Assembly: GCA_030390025.1 (NCBI GenBank) | Contig: CM059431.1 | Coordinates: 153,080,001 to 153,144,000 of the forward strand | Direction of reading: 5' to 3' | Source: Squalus acanthias | Taxonomy: Eukaryota | DNA: 64,000 bases | Part shown: in pieces, positions 48,500-60,336 of the stretch | Layout: each line of letters opens with the position of its first letter | Numbering within the stretch: position 1 is the stretch's first letter | Program-made: the position numbers and the translations under genes | Notes under the pieces: model-generated | What the model was told of the DNA's origin: nothing | What the model saw: the letters and a program-made list of their open reading frames with translations, nothing else | Databases searched by the model: none

Positions 48500-48875
48500 T
48501 CATCCCTGCTCCCAACATCTTTTCTGCAACTACCTTGTCGAGCCCCTTCAGTATCTTTTATGTTTCGATAAGATCACCTCTCGTGCTTCTAAACTCCAAT
48601 GAGAATAGGCTCAACCTTTCTTCATAAGTCAACCCCTTCATCTCAGGAATCAACCCCGTGAACCTTCTCTGAACTGCCTCCAATGCAAGTATATCCCTCC
48701 TTAAATAAGGAGACCAAAACTGTACGCAGTAGTCCAGGTGTGGTCTCACCAACGCCCTGTGCAGTTGTAGCAGGACTTCTTTGCTTTTATACTCCAACCG
48801 CCTTGCAATAAAGGCCAACATTCCATTTGCCTTGCTGTACATGCATGCTAACTTTTTGTGTTTCATGCACAAGGA
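48500..48875 (-). mobile_element. CR1 fragment
   Basis: ORF 48558-48878 EYKSKEVLLQLHRALVRPHLDYCVQFWSP. Confidence 0.88.
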
Positions 48876-49279
48876 CATTTAGTAGTGACTATCTTCTATT
48901 TATAGCCCCTAGTTCTGGCTTCCCTCCACAAGCGGGAGACCAAAACAAGGGGGTCTGTTTTCATACACGCTCAGTGACAGCCAGCTCCAGCTCTCCACCT
49001 CCCCCTCCCTGTGCTGTCCAGACTGCTTGTCTAAAGTCTAGTCTTGAATGAGCTGCAGCTTCCTCCAGTCAGACAATGGGAAGGTTGAAGCCATCGTTTA
49101 AACCACGAGCGACGCATCCACGTCACCGATTCCACCCCCTTTTTACCAGCCGCTGTGTGAGGCTCAACCATGGTGTCTTGTTGTGATTCCCGAGCTGAAT
49201 TCATGTCTCTAACGTCACCAGTCTCCGTCGCTCCAGCGCTGATGCACTTGTCCCCCTCCAGCACTCGCCTGGCAGCCTT

Positions 49280-50955
49280 GTGTGTCAGCCGTGGCTCAGT
49301 GGGTAGCACTCTCTCCTCTCAGTCAGAAGGTCGTGGGTTCAAGCCCCCACTCCAAAATCCAGGCTGACATTCCCGGTGCAGTACTGAGGGAGCGCCGCAC
49401 TGTCGGAGGGACAGTACTGAGGGAGCGCCGCACTGTCGGGGGGCGGTACTGAGGGAGCGCCGCACTGTCGGGGGGCGGTACTGAGGGAGCGCCGCACTGT
49501 CGGGGGGCGGTACTGAGGGAGTGCTGCACTGTCGGAGGGGCAGTACTGAGGGAGCGTTGCACTGTCGGAGGGGCAGTACTGAGGGAGCGCTGCACTGTCA
49601 GAGGGGCAGTACTGAGGGAGCGCCGCACTGTCGGAGGGGCAGTTCAGAGGGAGAGCTGCACTGTCGAAGGGGCAGCACTGAGGGAGCGCTGCACTGTCGG
49701 AGGGGCAGTACGGAGGGAGCTGCAGTGTCGGAGGGGGCAGTGCTGGGGGAGGTGCTGAGGGAAGTGCTGTACTGTCGGTGGTGGGGTGGGGGGGTGTTGC
49801 TGTCCTGTCTGGGGCAGTGCTGGGGGAGGTGCTGTCCTGTCGGGGGGCAGTGCTGGGGGAGCTGCTGTCCTGTCTGGGGCAGTGCTGGGGGAGGTGCTGT
49901 CCTGTCGGGGGCAGTGCTGGGGGAGGTGCTGTCCTGTCGGGGGGCAGTGCTGGGGGAGGTGCTTTTCTGTCAGGGCAGTGCTGGGTGAGGTGCTGTCCTG
50001 TCGGGGGCAGTGCTGGGGGAGGTGCTGTCCTGTCGGGGGCAGTGCTGGGGGAGGGTGCTGGGGGTTGGGGGCAGTGCTGGGGTGGGTGCTGGGGGTTGGG
50101 GGCAGTGCTGGGGTGGGTGCTCTCCTGTCCGGGGCAGTGCTGGGGTCGGTGCTGTCCTGTCGGGGGCAGTGCTGGGGTGGGTGCTGTCCTGTCGGGGGGC
50201 AGTGCTGGGGTGGGTGCTGTCCTGTCGGGGCAGTGCTGGGGGAGGTGCTCTCCTGTCGGGGGGTGCAGTGCTGGGGGAGGTGCTGTCCTGTCGGGGGGCT
50301 GTGCTGGGGTGGGTGCTGTCCTGTCGGGGCAGTGCTGGGGGAGGTGCTCTCCTGTCGGGGGGCAGTGCTGGGGGAGGTGCTGTCCTGTCGGGGGCTGTGC
50401 TGGGGTGGGTGCTGTCCTGTCGGGGCAGTGCTGGGGGAGGTGCTCCTGTCGGGGGGCAGTGCTGGGGTGGTGCTGGCCTGTCGGGGGCTGTGCTGGGGGA
50501 GGTGCTGTCCTGTCGGGGGGGCAGTACTGGGGCAGATGCTGTCCTGTCGGGAGCAGTGCTGGGGGAAGTGCTCTCCTGTCGGGGGGTGCAGTGCTGGGGA
50601 AAGTGCTGTCCTGTCGGGGGGGTGCAGTGCTGGGGGAGGTGCTGTCCTGTCGGGGGGTGCAGTGCTGGGGAAAGTGCTCTCCTGTCGGGGGGTGCAGTGC
50701 TGGGGAAAGTGCTGTCCTGTCGGGGGGGTGCAGTGCTGGGGAAAGTGCTGTCCTGTCGGGGGGGTGCAGTGCTGGGGAAAGTGCTGTCCTGTCGGGGGGG
50801 TGCAGTGCTGGGAAAGTGCTGTCCTGTCGGGGGGGTGCAGTGCTGGGGAAAGTGCTGTCCTGTCGGGGGGGTGCAGTGCTGGGGGAGGTGCTGTCCTGTC
50901 GGGGGGCAGTGCTGGGGGAGGTGCTGTCCTGTCGGGGCAGTGCTGGGGGAAGCGC
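49280..50955 (+). repeat. SacSINE1-like head and 33-bp array that grades into a ~31-33-bp G-rich variant (gcagtgctgggggaggtgctgtcctgtcgggg)
   Basis: Head 49280-49375; canonical units to ~49740; variant units to ~50950. Confidence 0.88.
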
Positions 50956-51752
50956 TGCGCTCAGTCAATGCTTTACTGCCAATGAAGTACTTGTGTGAAG
51001 TGTACTCACTGTTGTCGTCTTCTTCTTAGGCAGTCCCTCGGAGCAGAGGATGACTTGCTTCCACATTAAAAATGAGTTCTCAGGTTCTTGATGAGTCCAA
51101 TGCCGGACCTACAGTCTGTGTTGTAATGTCGAAAACGTGGCTGCCAGATTGCGCACAGCAAGGTCCCACAAACAGCAATATGATAAGGACCAGATAATCT
51201 GATTTTTGGTGAGGGATAAATATTGGCCAGGACACCGGGGAGAACTCCCCTGCTCCTCTTCGAATAATGCCATGGGATCTTATACGTCCCACCTGAGAGG
51301 GCATCGGTTTAACGTCTCATCCGAAAGACGACACCTCCGACAGTGCAGCGCTCCCTCAGTACTGCCCCTCGGACAGTGCAGCGCTCCCTCAATACTGCCC
51401 CTCCGACAGTGCAGCGCTCCCTCAGTACTGCCCCTCCGACAGTGCAGCGCTCCCTCAGTACCGCCCCTCCAACAGTGCAGCGCTCCCTCAGTACTGCCCC
51501 TCCGACAGTGCAGCGCTCCCTCAGTGCTGCCCCTCCGATAGTGCGGCGCTCCCTCAGTGCCACCCCTCCGACAGTGCAGCGCTCCCGCAGCGCTCCCTCA
51601 GTGCCGCCCCTCCGACAGTGCAGCGCTCCCTCAGTGCCGCCCCTCCGACAGTGCAGCGCTCCCTCAGTGCCGCCCCTCCGACAGTGCAGCGCTCCCTCAG
51701 TGCCGCCCCTCCGACAGTGCAGCGCTCCCACAGTGCAGCGCTCCCTCAGTAC
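50956..51752 (-). mobile_element. SacSINE1-like SINE with a 33-bp array (51333-51752) and an RTE tail insertion
   Basis: Reverse Deu domain at ~51120-51335 followed by the array. Confidence 0.82.
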
Positions 51753-51759
51753 TAGCACT

Positions 51760-53112
51760 CAGTACTCCTCCATGTTGAACACCACTTGGAAGAAGCACTG
51801 AGGGGTAGCAAGGGCACAGAATGTACTCTGGGTGGGGGACTTCAATGTCCATCACCAAGAGTGGCTCGGTAGCACCACTACTGGCCGAGTCCTGAAGGAC
51901 ATAACGGCCAGTCTGGGCCTGCGACAGGTGGTGAGTGAACCAACACGAGGGAAAAACCTACTTGACCTCGTCCTCACAATCTACCTGTAGCAGATGCATC
52001 TGTCCATGACAGCATTGTTAGCAGTGACCACCGCACAGTCCTTGTGGAGACAAAACCCATCTTCACACTGAGGACACCCTCGTGTTGTGTGGCACTACCA
52101 CCGTGCTAAATGGGATAGAATCAGAACAGATCTAGCAGCTCAAAGCTGGGCATCCATGAGGCACTGTGGGCCATCAGCCATGACTTTCCTCCATCATAAG
52201 GCCAGAAGTGGGGATGTTCGCTGATGATTGCACAGTGTTCAGTTCCATTAGCAACTCCTCACATAATGGAGCAGTCCATGCCCGAATGCAGCAAGACCTG
52301 GATGACATTCTGGCTTGGCCTGATCGTGGCAAGTAACATTTGCACCACACAAGTGCCAGGCAATGACTATCTCCAACAAGAGAGCGTCTAATCACTGCCC
52401 TTGACATTCAATGGCATTACCATTGCTGAATCCCCCACCATCAACATCCTGGGGGTCACCATTGACCAGAAACTTAACTGGACCAGCCACATAAATACTG
52501 TGGCCACAAGAGCAGGTCAGAGGCTGGGTATTCTGAGGTGAGTGTCTCACCTTCTGACTCCCCAAAGCCTTTCCGCCATCTACAAGGTTCAAGTGAGGAG
52601 TGTGATGGAATACTCTCCACGTGCCTGGATGAGTGCAGCTCCAACAACACTCGAAGCTCGACACCATCCAGGAGAAAGCAGCCCGCTTGATTGGCACCCC
52701 ATCCATCACCTTAAACATTCACTCCCTCCACCACCGGCGCACCGTGGCTGCAGTGTGTACCATCTACAAGATGCACTGCAGCAACGCGCCAAGGCTTCTT
52801 CGGCAGCACCTCCCAAACCCGTGACCTCTACCACCTAGAAGGACAAGGGCAGCAGGCGCATGGGAACACCACCACCTGCAAGTTCCCCTCCAAGTCATAC
52901 ACCATCCGGACTTGGACATATATCGCCGATCCTTCATCGTCACTGGGTCAAAATCCTGGAACTCCCTCCCTAACAGCACTGTGGGAGCACCTTCACCACA
53001 CGGACTGCAGCGGTTCAAGAAGGCAGCTCACCACCACCTTCTCAAGAGATGGGCAATAAATGCTGGCCTTGCCAGCGATGCCCACATCCCAGGAACGAAT
53101 TAAAAAAAAAAA
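51760..53112 (+). mobile_element. LINE family B: APE endonuclease part joined to the RT C-terminus (internal deletion)
   Basis: WVGDFNVHH.EW...PTRGKNLLDLVLT...SDH endonuclease motifs, then MFADD...ILGVTIDQKLNW; A-tail at ~53101. Confidence 0.85.
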
Positions 53113-53659
53113 ATGATGCCCACTCACCAGGCTCCTTGAGAGACCCTGAATAAATACAGCAGGATGTTCCTGACTCACCAGGGTCTGTGATACGACAACA
53201 ATTTGTCTTTATATAACGCCTTTAACATTGTAAAATGTTTGACGGTGCTTTACAGGAGCGTTATCAAACAAATTTTGACACCATGCCACATGAGATATTC
53301 GGGCAGGTGACCAAAAGCTTGGTCAGTGAGCTAGCTTTTAAGGAGAGTCTTCAAGTAGGAGAGGTGGAGAGGTTTAGGGAGGGAATTCCAGAGCTTGGGG
53401 GCCTTGGCAGCTGAAGACAAGGTCACCAATGGTGGAGTGATTAAAATCGAGGATGCTCGAGAGGCCAGAATTGGCAGAGCGCAGATATCTTGGAGGGTTG
53501 CAGGACTGGAGGAGATTAGAAATAGGGATGGGGCGAAGCCATGGAGTGATTTTGAAATCAAGGATGAGAATTTTAAAAGACAATGGCTTCGGTCTTCCCA
53601 GTATTTAGGTGGAGGAAATTTCTGCTCATCCAATAGTGGATGTCGGACAAGACCCTTCT

Positions 53660-53990
53660 AAATACTGCAGAATAGTCCCCTCATTCACTGGGGTCTGTGA
53701 GAGACTCTGAATAAATACTGCAGGATATTCCCCTCATTCACTGGGGTCTGAGAGAGACTCTGAATAAATACTGCAGGATATTCCCCTCATTCACCGGGGT
53801 CTGTGAGACTCTGAATAAATACTGCAGGATATTCCCCTCATTCACTGGGGTCCGTGAGAGACTCTGAATAAATACTGCAGGATATTCCCCTCATTCACTG
53901 GGGTCTGTGAGCGACTCTGAATAAATACTGCAGGATATTCCCCTCATTCACTGGGGTCTGAGAGAGACTCTGAATAAATACTGCAGGTTG
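53660..53990. repeat. 53-bp minisatellite, ~6 copies, with a degenerate copy at ~53120-53190
   Basis: gagactctgaataaatactgcaggatattcccctcattcactggggtctgtga; period 53 (53701, 53754). Confidence 0.92.
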
Positions 53991-54147
53991 TTGCCCACTC
54001 ACCAGAGTCTGTGCTGTCTCTATGATCGGGTGCCCCGAGATGTACCCAGTGCTTGGATTGACGGCCATGCCCATTGATTCTCGTGTGTCCCAGGGCCTCT
54101 CCTGTGCCGGTATTAATGGGCCGTCTCTCTCTTTCTCCCGCCTCTAG

Positions 54148-54522
54148 TTCCCAGCGAAGCGGAGGATCCTGATCGTAGACGAGCAGGAGCAGCTGGTAGA
54201 GGAGGCAGTGCTGTGCCAGGAGGCGGATTGGGACCGCGCCGACGGGCAGGCCGGTGGGCCCGCGTGGCAGCGGCCGGCAGGCTGGGGCCAGGGCGAGGCC
54301 GAGCCAGCGAAGGGGGCCACAGCCAGCCTGCGGGGGCGCGAGCAGCGGCAGCAGAAACCGCCACAGGGCCCGGCCCGCGACAGACCCGGGGCTGCCCCGG
54401 CGCAACGCAGGCGCAAGTCGGAATATCCCCGCCGGCGGAGCTGCATCTCCTTCACCTTCAGCGGAGCCGAGCCGACCGGGGGGCGTTCCGAAGAGGGTGA
54501 GGAGCCGATGGAGAACCGGTAG
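54148..54522 (+). CDS. Probable coding exon of an unidentified gene (FPAKRRILIVDEQEQLVEEAVLCQEADW...RRRKSEYPRRRSCISFTFS...EEPMENR*)
   Basis: Strong acceptor tctctctttctcccgcctctag|; 124 open codons with high GC3; non-repetitive, CpG-rich island among repeats. Confidence 0.6.
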   Translation, partial: FPAKRRILIVDEQEQLVEEAVLCQEADWDRADGQAGGPAWQRPAGWGQGEAEPAKGATASLRGREQRQQKPPQGPARDRPGAAPAQRRRKSEYPRRRSCISFTFSGAEPTGGRSEEGEEPMENR

Positions 54523-54534
54523 GTGGAGAGCCGG

Positions 54535-55952
54535 GAGGAGGAGGAATTTCTTCTGAGGGTCGTGAATCTTTGGAATTCTCTACCCCAGAGAGCTGCGGAG
54601 GCGGAGTCATTGAATATATTCAAGCGGAGGTCGACATATATTTGAGCTACAGGGGAGTCCAGGGTTATGGGGAGCGGAAAGTGGCGTTGAGGCCAAGATC
54701 GTGCTTCAACGGTTATGCTTCAACTGTATAAAACACTAGTTAGGCCTCAGTTAGAGAACTGCGTGCAGTTCTGGTCACCACGTTACAGGAAAGATGTGAT
54801 TGCACTAGAGAGGGTACAGAGGAGATTTACAAGGATGATGCCGGGAGTAGAGAATCTTAGCTATGAGGAAAGACTGGATAGGCTGGGTCTGTTTTCCTTG
54901 GAACAGAGGAGGCTGATGGGAGACCTTATTGAGGTGTATAAAATTATGAGGGGCCTAGATAAAGTGGATAGAAAGGACCTTGAGTACTGTGTGCAGTTTT
55001 GCTCGCCTTATCTGAGGAAGGAGGTTCTTGCCATGGAAGGAGTTCAGCGAAGATTCACCAGGCTGATACCTGGGATGGCAGGAATGACATATGAGGAGAG
55101 ATTGGGTCGATTGGGCTTATACTCGCTGGAGTTCAGAAGAATGAGAGGGGATCTCATTGAAACTTATAAAATTCTGGAAGGACTGGACAGACTAGATGCA
55201 GGAAGGATGTTCCCGATGGTCGGGGAGTCCAGAACCAGGGGTCACAGTCTAAGGATAAGGGGTAAGCCATTTAGGACAGAAATGAGGAGGAATTTCTTCA
55301 CCCAGAGAGTGGTGAACCTGTGGAATTCTCTACCACAGAAGGCAGTAGAGGCCAATTCATTAAATATATTCAAGAAGGAGTTAGATATATTTCTTAAGGC
55401 TAAAGGGATCAAGGGACATGGGGAGAAAGCAGGGACAGGGTTCTGAATTTGGATGATCAGCCATGATCGCATTGAATGGCGGAGCAGGCTAGAGGGGCCG
55501 AATGGCCTACTCCTGCTCCTATCTTCTATGTTTCTATGACCTATTTCCCTTAGCTGAGGGGTCAAAAACCAGGGGGCACAGATTTAAAGTAATTGGGGGA
55601 AGGTTTAGATGGGAATTTGAGGGGAAACTGCTTCACCCAGAGGGTTGTAGGGGTCTGGAACTCACTGCCTGAAAGGGTGGTAGAGGCAGGAACCCTAACC
55701 ACATTTAAAAAGTACTTGGATGTGCACTTGGGATGCTCTAACCTGCAGGGCTGCAGGACCAAGAGCTGGGAAGTGGGATTAGGCTGGACAGCTCTTTGTT
55801 GGCCGGCGCGGACACGATGGGCTGAAATGGCCTCCTTCGTGCTGTAACTTTCGATGATTCTATGATCAGATCAGCCGTGACCTTATTGAATGGCGGGGCA
55901 GGCTCGAGGGGCCGAATGGCCGACTCCTGCTCCTATTTCTTATGTTCTTATG
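54535..55952 (+). mobile_element. Stack of nested CR1 3' fragments
   Basis: ORF 54715-55446 repeats the LE.CVQF.SP motif twice, showing one CR1 inserted in another; several ctcctatttcttatg tails. Confidence 0.9.
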
Positions 55953-57957
55953 CTTCTGGTGATGAGTTCAGCTGCCAAGATCTCAACAGGCCAGAAGTAG
56001 TGGGCGCCACGTTTAGGCTTGCTGATCCTAGGCCCAGGGAGGGTTGAAAGGCGAAGGACTCGGAGAATATGTTGATTGGGGTTAGATGAAGAGTGGTAGG
56101 AGGAGGCTCGTGTGGAGCATAAACACCGGCATCGACCTGTCGGGCCGAATGGGCTGCTTTTTATGCTGTGTGTAATTGTAAGCCCCCCTGTGGGAAGCCC
56201 GTGCGGCAGAAGCCCCATAGGCTATATCTGGGTGCGCGGTACGGGGGAGCGGGCCATATCGGGGTAGCTGGTGTGCGGTATCCTGGCGCCACTTCAGACT
56301 ACTTTATTCTAACGCTCTGTCAATAGAGATTTTTCTAAGCCGTGTGGGAGTTTAAATCTGTCCGTGCTCATGCCCCTCCCGAGCTATTGGTCCATCGTGC
56401 CTTTCAGTTTTTGTTCCTCACACCGCTGTGAAGCATTTTGGGATATCTTTTCTACCTTAAAATTGTTATAGAAATATAAGTTGCTGTGCTGTACCTAATG
56501 CCGGCTTCTACGATGGGGCAGTGTAGAGGGAGCTTTACTCTGTATCTAACCCGTGCTGTACCTGCCCTGGGAGTGTTTGATGGGACAGTGTAGAGGGAGC
56601 TTTACTCTGAATCTAACCCGTGCTGTAGCTCCCCTGTCTTTCTGGAGGTTAGGCTGTAGTCCTCGCTTCACAGGGATGAGGTGTAGCTGCGGCCTATTAA
56701 CTGGGCAACTTTGATCAAAGGAAGAAGGGAGTTGCGTGTATACAGCGCCTTTCACCAGCTCCGGATCCCTCGGTCAACAGCAGCTGAAAAGCAGGTGAAC
56801 CGGTCACGATCACGTTGCTGTTTGCGGGAGCTTGCTGTGCGCAAATTGGCTGCCGCGTTTCCGACATCACAACAGTGACCGCACGTCAAAAGGTACTTCA
56901 TTGGCTGCAAAGTGCTTTGGGACAACAGCGCCTTTTAACGTCCCAAAAACGTCCCGAGGTACTTCACCAGGAGTGTTAATCAGACACTAATTTGACACCG
57001 AGCCACATGAGATATTAGGACAGGTGACCAAAAGCTTGGTCAAAGAGGTAGGATTTAAGGAGGAGAAAAGAAAGGTGGAGGTGTTCACGGAGGGGAATTC
57101 CAGAGCTTGGGGCCGAGGCACATGAAGGCACGGCCGCCAATGATGGAGCGATTGGAAATTGGGAGATGGGCAGGAGGCCAGAATTGCAGGAGCGCAGAGA
57201 TCTCCGAAGGTTGAAACATAGAAGATACTGAGGGGGCTCGACAAGGCAGCTGCAGAGAGGATGTTTCCCCTCGTGGAGAGATCAAGCACTCGGGGGGCAT
57301 AGTTTCAGAATAAAGAACTGAGATGAGGAGGAATTTCTTCTCTGAGAGTCGTAAATCTGTGGAATTCTCTGCCCCAGAGAGCTGTGGAGGCTGGGTCATG
57401 AAATACATTTAAGGTGGAGAGAGACAGATTTTTGCAAGATAAGGGAGTGAAGAGTTATGGGGAGCGGGCAGGGAAGTGGCTTTGAGCCCAAGATCAGCCA
57501 TGATCTTATTGAATGGCGGAGCAGGCTCGAGGGGCCAAGTGGCCTATTCCTGCTCCTATTTCTTATGTTATGTTGTAGAGCTGGAGGAGGTTACAGAGTT
57601 AGGGAAGAGTGGGGGGGGCGGCGGGGGGGGGGGGGGGTGGGGGGGGGGTGAGGGCCAGGGAGGGATTTGAAAATCAGGCCGAGTTTTAAAATCGAAGCAT
57701 TGCCAGAGCGGGAGCCCGAAGCAGGCCAGCGAGCGAACGGACTCTGATCAAAGCTGAAGTACTTCTGGCTTTGGTCAGAGTGGGGTGGTCACGGGAGATC
57801 TGGTAACCGGTGAAGGGAAGCTCACTCTAACTGAAGCCCGCGGGGCCCCCTGTTAGGACGCGGGGTTGACCTGTCGCCAGGAGGAGGCACTGATTGGATC
57901 GTTTCGTGGGAGGGCGTAATGTTTTTAACGGTGTGCTGCTTTGAAACCCCTTCCCAG

Positions 57958-58074
57958 GTCAGCCACCACCCTCCGCTGCCCATCACGCTGAGTCCAAGAA
58001 TGGCTGGGCACTGCGCCAGGAGATAGCCATCGCCAGCAAGTTCTGAGGCAAATACCTGTCCATCATGCCCCTGG
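57958..58074 (+). pseudogene. OSBP: OSBP oxysterol-binding-domain exon, disrupted by a 4-nt deletion and a TGA stop
   Basis: cccag|VSHHPP/AAHHAESKNGWALRQEIAIASKF*GKYLSIMPL G|gtaagt versus human OSBP VSHHPPAAAHHAESKNGWTLRQEIKITSKFRGKYLSIMPLG; 117 nt instead of 121; TGA at 58044-58046. Confidence 0.9.
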
Positions 58075-58204
58075 GTAAGTGTGCCAGTAATTCACCAGCT
58101 GGGGAACAATCCCAGCTTGCTGTGTGGGTGGTTTCAAAACAATATATCATTCATTATATTCCTTCTCTGGTCGTGGGCATTGCTGGCAAAGCCAGCATTT
58201 ATTG

Positions 58205-59010
58205 GGTCAGACTGGGTAAGGACCGGAGTCACCTGTAGTCCCAGACTGGGTAAGGACTGGAGTCACACATAGGCCCAGACTGGGTAAGGACTGGAGTCAC
58301 CTGTAGTCCCAGACTAGGTAAGGACTGGAGTCACACATAGTCCCAGACTAGGTAAGGACCGGAGTCACACATAGTCCCAGACTGGGTAAGGACTGGAGTC
58401 ACACATAGGCCCAGACTGGGTAAGGACTGGAGTCACCTGTAGTCCCAGACTAGGTAAGGACTGGAGTCACACATAGTCCCAGACTAGGTAAGGACCGGAG
58501 TCACACATAGTCCCAGACTGGGTAAGGACTGGAGTCACACATAGTCCCAGACTGGGTAAGGACCGGAGTCACCTATAGTCCCAGACTAGGTAAGGACTGG
58601 AGTCACACATAGTCCCAGACTAGGTAAGGACCGGAGTCACACATAGTCCCAGACTAGGTAAGGACCGGAGTCACACATAGTCCCAGACTGGGTAAGGACT
58701 GGAGTCACACATAGTCCCAGACTAGGTAAGGACCGGAGTCACACATAGTCCCAGACTGGGTAAGGACTGGAGTCACACATAGTCCCAGACTAGGTAAGGA
58801 CCGGAGTCACACATAGTCCCAGACTGGGTAAGGACTGGAGTCACACATAGTCCCAGACTAGGTAAGGACCGGAGTCACACATAGTCCCAGACTGGGTAAG
58901 GACAGGAGTCACACATAGTCCCAGACTGGGTAAGGACTAGAGTCATACATAGTCCCAGACTGGGTAAGGACTGGAGTCACACATAGTCCCAGACTGGGTA
59001 AGGACTGGAG
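58205..59010. repeat. 34-bp minisatellite, ~23 copies
   Basis: gtcccagact(g/a)ggtaagga(c)(t/c)ggagtcacacata. Confidence 0.95.
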
Positions 59011-59188
59011 ACACACGCACACACAGACCCGGACTGGAGTCTCACGCAGAGCCCAGAAATGTGGGTAATAGAATTACCGTTTACCCGCTCCCACCCCCTC
59101 CCCACACACATGTCCACTGACCTGCCTCTGGTGCTTTTTAAGTGTACGATGTGCCAATCGTCTGATGCACGTGTCTTCTGTGCTGCAG

Positions 59189-59292
59189 GCTCCATCCACT
59201 GCACCTTCCATCAAAGCAGCAACCACTACACGTGGAGAAAAGTCACCACCACAGTGCACAACATCATCGTAGGCAAGCTGTGGATCGACCAG
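59189..59292 (+). pseudogene. OSBP: OSBP exon (frame intact)
   Basis: tgcag|(G)SIHCTFHQSSNHYTWRKVTTTVHNIIVGKLWIDQ|gtgagg; 104 nt, phase 1 to 0. Confidence 0.92.
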
Positions 59293-60335
59293 GTGAGGGA
59301 GCGCTGCACTGTCGGCGGGGCAGTACTGAGGGAGCGCTGCACTGTCGGCAGGGCAGTACTGAGGGAGCGCTGCACTGTCGGCGGGACAGTACTGAGGGAG
59401 CGCTGCTCTGTCGGAGGGACAGTACTCTGGGAGCGCTGCTCTGTCGGAGGGACAGTACTGAGGGAGCGCTGCTCTGTCCGAGGGGCAGTACTGAGGGAGT
59501 GCTGCTCTGTCGGAGGTACAGTACTGAGGGAGCGCTGCTCTGTCGGAGGGACAGTGCTGTGGGAGCGCTGCTCTGTCGGAGGGACTGTACTGTGGGAGCG
59601 CTGCACTGTCGGAGGGGCAGTACTGTCGGAGGGGCAGTACTGTCGGAGGGGCAGTACTGTCGGAGGGGCAGTACTGTCGGAGGGGCAGTACTGTCGGAGG
59701 GGCAGTACTGTCGGAGGGGCAGTACTGTCGGAGGGGCAGTACTGTCGGAGGGGCAGTACTGTCGGAGGGGCAGTACTGTCGGAGGGGCAGTACTGTCGGA
59801 GGGGCAGTACTGTCGGAGGGGCAGTACTGTCGGAGGGGCAGTACTGTCGGAGGGGCAGTACTGTCGGAGGGGCAGTACTGTCGGAGGGGCAGTACTGTCG
59901 GAGGGGCAGTACTGTCGGAGGGGCAGTACTGTCGGAGGGGCAGTACTGTCGGAGGGGCAGTACTGTCGGAGGGGCAGTACTGTCGGAGGGGCAGTACTGT
60001 CGGAGGGGCACTGCGCCGTCAGATGGGGCAGTACTGAGAGTGCGCTGCACTATCGAAGGTCCCGTCTTTCGGGTGAGATGTTAAACCGAGGCCCCGCCTG
60101 CTGTCTCAAGTGGACGTAAAAGATCCCATGGTCACTATTTGGAGGAAGAACAGGGGAGTTCTCCCCAGTGTCCTGGGGCCAATAATAATCCCTCAACCAA
60201 CATCACTTTTTAAAAAAAAAACATTTGATCCAGTCATTTACTGCATTAGTTTTTGTGGAAGTTTTCTGTGCGCTCATTGGCTACCGCCTTCCATACCTTA
60301 CAATAGTGACAACACTTCAAACATACATCATTGGC
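59293..60335 (+). repeat. SacSINE1-derived 33-bp array, then a perfect 17-bp array (gtcggaggggcagtact, ~59608-60010), then the Deu domain
   Basis: Direct inspection; the Deu domain resumes at ~60055. Confidence 0.9.
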
Positions 60336-60336
60336 T

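Noticed and set aside
58044..58046. TGA in the OSBP exon as a selenocysteine or readthrough codon
   Set aside because: It aligns to a conserved Arg (CGA to TGA, a CpG transition) and co-occurs with a frameshift.
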